In this document: in pieces, positions 52,802-61,369 of the stretch
Layout of the letters: every line of letters starts with the position of its first letter
Position numbering within the stretch: position 1 is the stretch's first letter
Origin: Spirochaetota bacterium
GTDB lineage: Bacteria; Spirochaetota; UBA4802; UBA5550
Assembly: GCA_963664815.2 (NCBI GenBank)
Contig: CAXXHB010000003.1
Location: 4,128,001-4,192,000 of the forward strand
Direction: 5' to 3'
DNA length: 64,000 nt
Program-made: the position numbers and the translations under genes
The notes under the pieces: generated by a model
Told to the model about the DNA's origin: nothing
Seen by the model: the letters and a program-made list of their open reading frames with translations, nothing else
The model's database searches: none

Positions 52802-53206
52802 ATGGATATAATGCAGGCAATAGAAAAGGATATAAAACCTGTTGAAAGAACCGTAGACTTTGAGATTGGTGATACAATCCGCGTTCATTACAAAATCATT
52901 GAAGGCAACAGAGAAAGAATTCAGGTTTATGAGGGTATTGTAATAGCAATTGATAATAAAGGAATCAGTAAAACTTTTACTGTTAGAAAAATATCATTTG
53001 ATGTTGGAGTAGAAAGGATTTTTCCTGTATTCTCACCGAGAATAGCTAAAATCGAGATTGTAAGAAAAGGTAAGGTAAGAAGAGCTAAACTTTATTTCCT
53101 CCGAGACCTTAAGGGTAAAGCAGCCAAGATTAAAGAGAAGAGAAAATCTTCAAAAAAAGATAAAAAAGGCACTGTTCCCGCTACAAATGACACAGTTGTT
53201 AAATAG
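52802..53206 (+). CDS. rplS: 50S ribosomal protein L19
   Basis: [34 protein letters not shown]. Confidence 0.97.
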   Translation: MDIMQAIEKDIKPVERTVDFEIGDTIRVHYKIIEGNRERIQVYEGIVIAIDNKGISKTFTVRKISFDVGVERIFPVFSPRIAKIEIVRKGKVRRAKLYFLRDLKGKAAKIKEKRKSSKKDKKGTVPATNDTVVK

Positions 53207-53262
53207 AATTATCTTTCTAAATTGCGGTTGTTTTTATAATGCCGCTCAGGTAATTAAAGGGG

Positions 53263-53961
53263 TTGACAGTTATGTCACCCCTTTCTGATTTTAAGTATAT
53301 TTTACCTGATTTCTCAATAGAGAAAGATCTTTTTTCAAATGGATATAAAATAATTGCCGGAATTGATGAGGCTGGGAGAGGGGCTCTTGCAGGACCTCTT
53401 TCTCTCGGAATGGTTATTTATCCGGTTTCTATTTTTTCAGAAATACCGAAACCTATTTTTGAATCAATTGCTGATTCAAAAAAACTCACCGCAAAAAAAA
53501 GAGAAAGAGCCATCCTTGTAATTAAGGATTATTCACTTACTTCCTCATCAGCATTTATCTCTCATACCACAATTGACAGAACAAACATTAATATTGCAAC
53601 AGAAACAGGCATAAATAAACTCCTTGCAAAATCAGAAATTAAACCTGATGTTATTATTATGGACGGTAGTTTTAAATTCAAATTAAATATCCCATTCATG
53701 TCAGTAATTAAAGGTGACAACAGATCTATATCAATTGCTTCAGCATCTATAATTGCAAAAGTATCAAGAGACCAGCTAATGAATAAAATTGACCGTAAAT
53801 ATCCAGGATATGGATTTTGCAGTCATAAAGGTTATGGTACAAAATATCACATGACTATGCTGGCAGAAAAAGGTTTTTCTCCAATTCACCGGCAAACATA
53901 TGAACCTATAAAAAGTATAATTGAGAGTCAAAGATTACTATTCGATGAAAATAACAGGTAA
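53263..53961 (+). CDS. rnhB: Ribonuclease HII
   Basis: GIDEAGRG.LAGP, DSKKL, KGD....IA.ASI.AKV.RD, HKGYGT. Confidence 0.96.
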   Translation: MTVMSPLSDFKYILPDFSIEKDLFSNGYKIIAGIDEAGRGALAGPLSLGMVIYPVSIFSEIPKPIFESIADSKKLTAKKRERAILVIKDYSLTSSSAFISHTTIDRTNINIATETGINKLLAKSEIKPDVIIMDGSFKFKLNIPFMSVIKGDNRSISIASASIIAKVSRDQLMNKIDRKYPGYGFCSHKGYGTKYHMTMLAEKGFSPIHRQTYEPIKSIIESQRLLFDENNR

Positions 53962-54997
53962 CCAGGGAAATTTGATAAATTTATCTTCCGCAAAGGAACC
54001 AGATGCTTTAATAAAAAATATGAATCCTGGCGATTCAATAACAGCTTCTGTAATTCGCAGTGAAGGAAATAAAGCGTTACTTGATATTGGAGGCAGGATA
54101 ATTAAAGCTGATTTCACAAATGGAGTCCCGAAGGAAAACAGTTTAGTTCTTGTTCTCACTTCAAAAACTCATGAAAATATACAGTTTTCTCTTAAGGATA
54201 ATGATAATTCAGAAAAAATATTCAGAATATTATCCCCCTTCTCCATATTAAATGATGATGCGGCTAAAAATATTTCATTACAGAATTTAGGCAGATTCAT
54301 CAATAATTCCAAACCTGATATGATGGATATAAACCTGTTTCTATTGGGATTTAAAAAAGATGAGCAGAAAGGTAAAAGTAATACTTTACTTTTTAATCAT
54401 CTGTTGCAGAAAGGAATTTCATTTCAGACATTAATAGATCTGAGTTATATTATTTATAGTAAATATAATCCTGTTCTCTTTATGTCATACCAATTCATGC
54501 TTGCCATGGCTGGTAAAAAAGCGCTGGATTCCTTTAAAAAAAGTTCTCTTATGCTTGAAAATACCTTAGACCATCTCTGTAAAATTCTCAAAGACGACAC
54601 TTCCTATTTTTCTCTAATGTTTGATCTCTTGTTTGACGAAACTAAAACCAGAGAGATATATGGAGAGATGGTTTTCCCGGATGATGGGTATTTTTCCAGT
54701 ATTGAATATATTTTAAACGGTAATTCGGTTTTTTTAAAATTTAATCTCTCGGCAACCGGCATTCTTGAAGTTCTTATTAAATCTGACTTTGAAACTGTAT
54801 TAATTAATTTTTTAACTGTAAAAGAAGATCTCATTCCCTATCTGAAAGAGAATGAAGGAGTTTTAAAAAACATGCTTAAACAAAATAGTGTAAAAAAAAG
54901 TGTTATCGGCTATTTTGACTCTAAAAAAATAGTTGAAAAAATAGAAATATGGAGTCTCGACTTTAATACAAAAAGCGAATTTAATATAAAAGCTTAA
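53945..54997 (+). CDS. Hypothetical protein (YlqG/FliK-like position and features)
   Basis: Between rnhB and the FlhB-like gene; L...G.L.V.I segment and ...FNIKA end recall FliK C-termini. Confidence 0.55.
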   Translation: MKITGNQGNLINLSSAKEPDALIKNMNPGDSITASVIRSEGNKALLDIGGRIIKADFTNGVPKENSLVLVLTSKTHENIQFSLKDNDNSEKIFRILSPFSILNDDAAKNISLQNLGRFINNSKPDMMDINLFLLGFKKDEQKGKSNTLLFNHLLQKGISFQTLIDLSYIIYSKYNPVLFMSYQFMLAMAGKKALDSFKKSSLMLENTLDHLCKILKDDTSYFSLMFDLLFDETKTREIYGEMVFPDDGYFSSIEYILNGNSVFLKFNLSATGILEVLIKSDFETVLINFLTVKEDLIPYLKENEGVLKNMLKQNSVKKSVIGYFDSKKIVEKIEIWSLDFNTKSEFNIKA

Positions 54998-55016
54998 ATT
55001 AACATAGTGAATATTT

Positions 55017-55295
55017 ATGAACAAGAGTGTAGCTCTGCAATATGATAAAGAAGCTCCCAGGATAATTGCCTCCGCAAGAGGTATACTGGCTGATAAAATG
55101 ATAAAAATTGCGATGGAAAAAGAAATTACTATTTACAAGGATGAAAACCTTGTCGAAATATTATCGAAATTTGAAGCGGGTGAAGTGATTCCGGAAACTC
55201 TGTTTGGAGCTGTATCAGCTGTAATGGCATACTGTTATCGTGTTAATTCTGACTTCAGACAGAAATTAAATAGTTCAGGATTATTGAATGGCTGA
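55017..55295 (+). CDS. FlhB C-terminal-like export switch protein (EscU/YscU/HrcU family)
   Basis: VAL.YD..APRIIA...G.LA..MI..A.E..I, IPE.LF.AV. Confidence 0.88.
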   Translation: MNKSVALQYDKEAPRIIASARGILADKMIKIAMEKEITIYKDENLVEILSKFEAGEVIPETLFGAVSAVMAYCYRVNSDFRQKLNSSGLLNG

Positions 55296-56469
55296 AATGA
55301 AGAAAATATCAGTTGAAGAACTGAAACCGGGAATGGTTTTCAGTAAAACTGTCTATATAGATAGCGAAAATGTTCTGCTTGCACCTAGTGTTCCCCTGAA
55401 GGAAGAAGATATAAAAAAACTCATGAAATGGGGGGTAACAATTGTAGAAACGGCTGGTGATCTGATTCAGCCCGGTTCGGATATTGGAGCAAACGCATCT
55501 CTTAAAAGCGGACAGGTTCTTGAAAGATACGAGCAGCTCCTGACTATGAGAAAAAGGCTTATTGAAATTCACGGTAACGCCTGTTTCCTTATTGAACAGG
55601 TTTATACTGCTATAAGGAAGGATCACTCCATTGAGCTCCCGGCAGTACAGAAAACTGTAAATGATATTATTGGTCTGCTGAAAGAAAACAGCAATGTTTT
55701 TCTTTTTCTTAACGGTTTTGACGATGTTGAAAGAAACTATCTTGTTACACATTCCGTCAACGTTACCTTTTACAGCCTTATCATTGGCCAGGCAATGAAT
55801 TATAACGAGAAACAGATGCTTGAACTTGGAACAGGTACAATCCTTATTGATGCCGGGATGACAAAGGTTCCAGTTTATATAGTGCATAAGCAGTCAAATC
55901 TTACTGACAGTGAATATCAGATGATAAAAGCTCACCCTGTTCATGGATATAAATCACTCCGAAGTTATCCTGATGTTAATGACAGAATAGCCAATATATC
56001 TCTTCAGCATCATGAACAGTTTGACGGAAAAGGTTATCCCAGAGGTTTAAAAGGAAAAGAGATTGATGAATACGCCCGAATTGCGTCTATAGCAGACAGT
56101 TACGAATCCCAGATATCAAACAGAAGCTACAGGGAAAAAGTCGGAGCATATCATGCGATGAAGAATCTCCTTGCAAGTGGTGTTAATAAGTTTGACCCTG
56201 AAATATTGAAAATATTTTTATCACGAATGTCCGTATATCCCATAGGTTCACTGGTTGAATTAAATGATCAGACTACCGGGCTTGTAATAGGCTCCATAAC
56301 TGAAAAGCCTCTGAGACCGATCATCAGACTGGTTTTCAATTCCAAACATGAGAAGATTGCCGATACGCAGATTATAAACCTGCTTGAAGATACAACAAAG
56401 TATATAACTAAAGTCCTCAATGAAAAAGAAGCGGGGATAAACCTTTTTGATGTTCTCTGGGGTTACTAG
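55288..56469 (+). CDS. HD-GYP domain protein
   Basis: L.PGM N-terminus; HP..GY; HHEQFDGKGYPRGL; YP.GSLVEL C-terminus; HD dyad appears as ID. Confidence 0.88.
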   Translation: MAEMKKISVEELKPGMVFSKTVYIDSENVLLAPSVPLKEEDIKKLMKWGVTIVETAGDLIQPGSDIGANASLKSGQVLERYEQLLTMRKRLIEIHGNACFLIEQVYTAIRKDHSIELPAVQKTVNDIIGLLKENSNVFLFLNGFDDVERNYLVTHSVNVTFYSLIIGQAMNYNEKQMLELGTGTILIDAGMTKVPVYIVHKQSNLTDSEYQMIKAHPVHGYKSLRSYPDVNDRIANISLQHHEQFDGKGYPRGLKGKEIDEYARIASIADSYESQISNRSYREKVGAYHAMKNLLASGVNKFDPEILKIFLSRMSVYPIGSLVELNDQTTGLVIGSITEKPLRPIIRLVFNSKHEKIADTQIINLLEDTTKYITKVLNEKEAGINLFDVLWGY

Positions 56470-56831
56470 TGCCTCAGGGTTACAGGAAGGTTTTAGGTGC
56501 CGGAGGTGAATCTGCCGCCTGTGGATTCCTTGAATCTCAAGGTTTTTTAATAATTGATAAAAATTTTTATGCCGGTCGAAGTGGTGAAATTGATCTGATT
56601 GCCACAAAGGATAAACTCCTTATTTTTGTTGAGGTTAAAGCAAGGAATTCTGATGTGTTTGGCGGCGGTATTTATTCTATAACTGAAAGCAAGAAAAAAA
56701 AACTCAGAACATCCGCGAAGTATTATCTTTTAAAAAATCCGGAATATAATTCGCCAGAATATAATATCCGGTTCGACCTTATTATTGTTAACAACAGTAA
56801 AATTGAGTGGATTGATGATATAATACGATAA
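56469..56831 (+). CDS. yraN: YraN-family endonuclease-like protein
   Basis: G..GE..A..FL, GEIDLIA, FVEVKAR, RFD. Confidence 0.92.
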   Translation: MPQGYRKVLGAGGESAACGFLESQGFLIIDKNFYAGRSGEIDLIATKDKLLIFVEVKARNSDVFGGGIYSITESKKKKLRTSAKYYLLKNPEYNSPEYNIRFDLIIVNNSKIEWIDDIIR

Positions 56832-56832
56832 T

Positions 56833-57282
56833 TTAAAGAATCTTACTGCTATCAAGTATAATAGTTACCGGGCCTGAATTTACGATGGATATTTCCATAT
56901 CTGCACCAAAAATTCCACATTTGAATGAACTGAAACTCTCCCTGAATTGTTTTATGAAAGTATCATAAAACAATTCAGCTTCAGCAGATGGCATAGATGT
57001 GGAAAAAGAGGGTCTTTTCCCCCTTCTTGTATCGCCATAAAGAGTAAACTGTGAAACTACAAGGATTTCAGCACCAGCATCAGAAACTGACAGATTCATC
57101 AATCTTTCACTATCCTCAAAAATTCGAAGTCCTATACTTTTACTGATAATATAGTCTGAATCAGCAATAGAATCATTTTTATGAAATCCCACGAAAATAA
57201 GCAAACCTCTTCCTATTGATGAAACAGTATCTCCATCAACCGATACTGAGGCTCTGCTGACTCTTTGTATTACCGCTCTCAC
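56833..57282 (-). CDS. dtd: D-aminoacyl-tRNA deacylase
   Basis: RAVIQRV, LRIFED, SQFTLY, G.RPSF, GIFGA.M, N.GPVT. Confidence 0.96.
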   Translation of the reverse strand: MRAVIQRVSRASVSVDGDTVSSIGRGLLIFVGFHKNDSIADSDYIISKSIGLRIFEDSERLMNLSVSDAGAEILVVSQFTLYGDTRRGKRPSFSTSMPSAEAELFYDTFIKQFRESFSSFKCGIFGADMEISIVNSGPVTIILDSSKIL

Positions 57283-57285
57283 GAA

Positions 57286-57600
57286 TTAACTTAACTTTAG
57301 CTTGAGGATATTTTCCGGCTGTACTCCAACAAATCTTTCAACCTCATTACCATTTTCAAAAAGAATGAGTGTGGGAATTGAAACAATGCCATATTGTTGC
57401 GCAATAGAACTGTTTTCATCAGTATTAAGTTTTACTATTTTCGCTTTTATCTCCCCTGCCGAGGCCAGCTTTTCAAGAATGGGAGTCTGCATTCTACATG
57501 GACCACACCATGGCGCCCAGAAATCAACGAGTACCTTCCCTGATGCCTTTATAACCTCTTTATCAAAACTCTCTGTAGTTGCTTCTGGTAAACTTGCCAT
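57286..57600 (-). CDS. trxA: Thioredoxin
   Basis: VDFWAPWCGPC, SIPTL; start MASLP after AGGAGG. Confidence 0.95.
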   Translation of the reverse strand: MASLPEATTESFDKEVIKASGKVLVDFWAPWCGPCRMQTPILEKLASAGEIKAKIVKLNTDENSSIAQQYGIVSIPTLILFENGNEVERFVGVQPENILKLKLS

Positions 57601-57893
57601 ATAAACCTCCTGTAGTATTATTTCATTTTTAGTTGAAAATGATATTAAAGACAACCTTTTTTTAACCAGCATTTTAAATAGCAATAAATAATTAATAACA
57701 TGTTATTTAAGTAATATTTAATATACTTAATTACTTGTCACCTAAAACTTCTTTTTGTTTCAAATTTTCTCGGATTCAATAAAAAAATCGAACCGATTGT
57801 GATTGTTTTTTAATTATAAAGTGCCGAGTTATTCATAATAACAATTCTTTTCCAAAGGATAACAGAAAAAATCAATCATAGAAAACAGGCAAT

Positions 57894-59459
57894 TTATCTG
57901 TTCCTTATAATTGCATCAGCACACCTGATACCATCAACGGCAGAGCTTACAATTCCCCCTGCATAACCGGCACCCTCACCAGCCGGGTACAGCCCTTTTA
58001 CAGATATAGACTGCAAACTATTATCTCTTGTGATTCTAACAGGTGAAGATGTCCTTGTCTCGGCTCCGATAAGAACTCCCTTGGATGAAATGAATCCCGG
58101 CATTTTTTTATTAAAAAAAACCAAAGCGATACGTATCTCTTCAGTAATCCATCCGGGAAGAAAATTTTCAAGCCGTGTTGGAGTTACTCCGTTTTTATAT
58201 GATGTCTCTTTAATACTTTTATCAAGTTTATCCCGGAGAAAAGAGTTAATTGACTGAGCTGGTGCTTTAAATCCTCCTCCTCCTGATAAATAAGCGTTTC
58301 TCTCAATTTCACGCTGAAAGTATATTCCGGAAATAGGGTTATCTTCCAAATCATCTTTTTTTACTGTTACAACTATCGCTGAATTTGAATATTTTTGATT
58401 TCTTCCTGATAGACTCATACCGTTTACACAAAGTTCACCTTCCTGCGATGATGAGTTTATCACTGAACCGCCAGGACACATGCAGAAGGAGTATACTCCG
58501 CGTCCCGTGAAGTCATTGTTATAGGCAAGTGAATACTCAGCGGCTGGAAGACGTTTTATATGCGGGCTTTTTCCATACTGAATTTTATTTATTTCATCTT
58601 TTGTATGTTCTACTCTTACACCTACTGCAAATCCCTTTTTTTCCAGAGCAATCTCTTTCTGCTTAAGAAGTTCATATATATCACGAGATGAATGGCCGGA
58701 TGCTAATATCACATTTTTTGCGAAAAATTCATTCCCGGAAGATGTAGTAACTCCGGTAATTTTTCCATCTTTTACAAACAGATCTTTTACTCTCTCCCTG
58801 AATTTTATTTCTGAACCTGAGGCGATTATAGATCTTCGTATATTTTTTATAATTTCCTGGAGTCGATCCGTACCTATATGAGGTTTTGATTCATAGGTAA
58901 TGGCTGCTGGTGCACCGTTTTCGATAAGCTTTTTATAGAACCAGAGAATTTCTGGCCTGTTTATTCTTGTTGTCAGTTTACCATCTGAGTATGTTCCAGC
59001 ACCACCCTCGCCAAAAAGTGTATTACTCTCTGAATTGAGTATTCCATCCTTTTCAAGGGCTTCAATATCCTTCATTCTTTCTTCAACAGGTTTCCCCCGT
59101 TCAAGAACAATCACATGGGCACCCGATTCAATCAATCGGAGTGCTGCGAAAAGCCCGGCAGGACCGGCCCCTACTATTATTATGTTTTCAGAAAAGTCCC
59201 GTTTAATTGTCTCGGCAACAACAGCCGGACTATATTCTTCAATATCATCATATCTTAAAAGTTCATAAGCAGAAGTTCTTTCAACTTCTACCAGTACTTT
59301 AAAGTTATAGTGAATATCATTTTTATTTCTTGCATCAAGCGATCTCTTAAGTATTATGAAAGAGTCTATCTCCAGATTATACTTTGAATTAATGAAGGGA
59401 ATTATTTCATTTTCAGACTGTGTGGGATTAAGTCTGATGTTGCTTATTTGAAGATTCAT
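57894..59459 (-). CDS. NAD(P)/FAD-dependent oxidoreductase (uncharacterised FAD-dependent dehydrogenase family)
   Basis: GAGPAG, FGEGGAGTYSDGKL, FCMCPGG, ETRTSSPVR, GEGAGYAGGI.S.AVDG. Confidence 0.9.
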   Translation of the reverse strand: MNLQISNIRLNPTQSENEIIPFINSKYNLEIDSFIILKRSLDARNKNDIHYNFKVLVEVERTSAYELLRYDDIEEYSPAVVAETIKRDFSENIIIVGAGPAGLFAALRLIESGAHVIVLERGKPVEERMKDIEALEKDGILNSESNTLFGEGGAGTYSDGKLTTRINRPEILWFYKKLIENGAPAAITYESKPHIGTDRLQEIIKNIRRSIIASGSEIKFRERVKDLFVKDGKITGVTTSSGNEFFAKNVILASGHSSRDIYELLKQKEIALEKKGFAVGVRVEHTKDEINKIQYGKSPHIKRLPAAEYSLAYNNDFTGRGVYSFCMCPGGSVINSSSQEGELCVNGMSLSGRNQKYSNSAIVVTVKKDDLEDNPISGIYFQREIERNAYLSGGGGFKAPAQSINSFLRDKLDKSIKETSYKNGVTPTRLENFLPGWITEEIRIALVFFNKKMPGFISSKGVLIGAETRTSSPVRITRDNSLQSISVKGLYPAGEGAGYAGGIVSSAVDGIRCADAIIRNR

Positions 59460-59461
59460 TT

Positions 59462-59752
59462 TCAGGCTAGCGCATCAAAGAACGAGCCAGGCTTAATAAA
59501 AGATTTTCGGTCATCTGTTTTACCATAAGAATCATATTCCTTTTCAGAATTAAACATCATTCCTATTAATTTTTCTTTCTCAGCCATTGTTGGTTTATAA
59601 TAAACAGGTTCTCCATCATGCGGGCCGGTATTCTTTACCTTCTGAACTTTCCCTTCATGATAGTTAGGCCAGATATAATTTTTCCCTGATACCGGTGAAT
59701 TTGCACCTGTTCTGCTTAAATTAATTTCTGATATACCTGAAGAAATATTCAT
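59462..59752 (-). CDS. Hypothetical protein
   Basis: Stop 2 nt before the oxidoreductase start; C-terminal PGSFFDALA. Confidence 0.55.
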   Translation of the reverse strand: MNISSGISEINLSRTGANSPVSGKNYIWPNYHEGKVQKVKNTGPHDGEPVYYKPTMAEKEKLIGMMFNSEKEYDSYGKTDDRKSFIKPGSFFDALA

Positions 59753-59851
59753 ATATAAACAATCGGCAGGTCTGATGTAAATCTTTAACAATGTATAAAA
59801 AAATTAAATGCTTTCCAATAAGAATATATACCCAATACAAGACTTATTTTA

Positions 59852-59880
59852 TTGACACATGCCAAGTATTAAAATATATT
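59852..59880 (+). promoter_or_regulatory. Putative sigma70 promoter of the lipopeptide/radical SAM pair
   Basis: TTGACA-17 nt-TATATT. Confidence 0.55.
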
Positions 59881-59970
59881 ATTATTCAACAATTATTTTT
59901 AACGTAAATATTACATTTTATCACTGAAGAGAACTGTAAAAACTTATAGTATTTAAAAAGGAGCTCTTTT

Positions 59971-60159
59971 ATGAAAATTAAATATTTCCTGCTCTGGATT
60001 TTATGCGGTTCAGCCAGTTTCATCCTTACTGCATGTTACGGTGGTCCTGTTCGAATTAAGCCTGAACAGCATTTTATTAAAATAAATAATGATACCATTA
60101 AAGGTCTTGACTATCAGGCATTTGAAAATAATAATAAATCTATTAAAGATTGTCTTTAA
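59971..60159 (+). CDS. Small lipoprotein, putative radical SAM partner/substrate (ACYG motif)
   Basis: AGGAG RBS; signal peptide ending LTA-C followed by YGGP; 14 nt upstream of the rSAM ATG. Confidence 0.7.
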   Translation: MKIKYFLLWILCGSASFILTACYGGPVRIKPEQHFIKINNDTIKGLDYQAFENNNKSIKDCL

Positions 60160-60173
60160 CATCTTCTTTCAAT

Positions 60174-61241
60174 ATGATTGACTATTTCCTGCAAAAAATT
60201 CACAGGCTCTATAAATATCTTGAAACACGGGATCATGAACTTCGTTATCTCTTTCTTGAAATAACAAAACGCTGCAACCTTAGATGCCGGCATTGCGGAT
60301 CGGACTGCTGTTCTTCGATATCCGCTAAAGAACTGACGACAGACAGTTGGCTTAAAATCATTGATTATGTAAAAGATACATTCGGTCAAAACGTTGCATT
60401 TATTATTACAGGCGGTGAACCTCTTATCCATCCGGAACTTGAGAGGATAGGGAAACATATAACTATGAACAACATGCGGTGGGGTATAGTTACAAACGGG
60501 ATGTCTCTGACTGAAAAGAAGCTCGGCAATCTTATTGATATTGGTATTTACTCTGTTACTGTAAGCTACGACGGCAACAAAAAATCTCACAACTACCTCC
60601 GTGGTGTATATAACGCTCATGAGAGAGCGTCAGCCGCTGTAAGACTTATTGCCAAATCTTCAATAGAAATGAAGGATGTGGTAACATGTGTCTACCCACA
60701 GAATCTGGAAGAGCTTGATGAAATTGCAGATTTTTTTCTGCAGTACGGAATAACGGCATGGAGATTATTCCGTATTTTCCCGAATGGCCGTGCCGCTGAC
60801 AATCCTGAACTTCTAATGGATCATGAACAGACATGGAGAATGCTTAACTGGATAAGCGAGAAAAAAGATTACTACAAAAACAAAGGACTTTATATTAACG
60901 CAAGTTGTGAAGGATGGATCCCGTTTAATATTGACAGAAAGGTTCGTGATATGCCGTTTTTCTGCAGGGCCGGAATCAATATCGCAGCGATTTTATCTGA
61001 CGGGACAATTACAGGATGTACAAATAACCATACTGCATTCCATCAGGGATCAATTATTACAGAAAGCTTCTCTAATATATGGGAGAATAAATTTTCAGAC
61101 TATCGCACAAGAGAATGGATTAAAGATACTGGCTGTGCCAGATGTAAGTATATTAAAAATTGCCAGGGTGGATCATTACATTTATGGAAAAGCAAAACCA
61201 GAAATCCGGAATTCTGTTATATGAATAACATTCGGTTTTGA
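60174..61241 (+). CDS. Radical SAM/SPASM protein (rSAM/lipoprotein-system type)
   Basis: CNLRCRHCGSDC, TGGEP, WRLF.IFP.GRA, FFCRAGI...ILSDG.I.GC, C..C.....C.GG.LH. Confidence 0.9.
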   Translation: MIDYFLQKIHRLYKYLETRDHELRYLFLEITKRCNLRCRHCGSDCCSSISAKELTTDSWLKIIDYVKDTFGQNVAFIITGGEPLIHPELERIGKHITMNNMRWGIVTNGMSLTEKKLGNLIDIGIYSVTVSYDGNKKSHNYLRGVYNAHERASAAVRLIAKSSIEMKDVVTCVYPQNLEELDEIADFFLQYGITAWRLFRIFPNGRAADNPELLMDHEQTWRMLNWISEKKDYYKNKGLYINASCEGWIPFNIDRKVRDMPFFCRAGINIAAILSDGTITGCTNNHTAFHQGSIITESFSNIWENKFSDYRTREWIKDTGCARCKYIKNCQGGSLHLWKSKTRNPEFCYMNNIRF

Positions 61242-61369
61242 TGAAATCTTATCTTCCTGTTCCTTGGATTAGTTTCACAGTTTACCTGATTTTAAATTAT
61301 TTCTTGACTATAGTAATCTGTTAAAAAAATACTGCAGACAAAATATCTTTAATTAACTACGGAGGGAAA

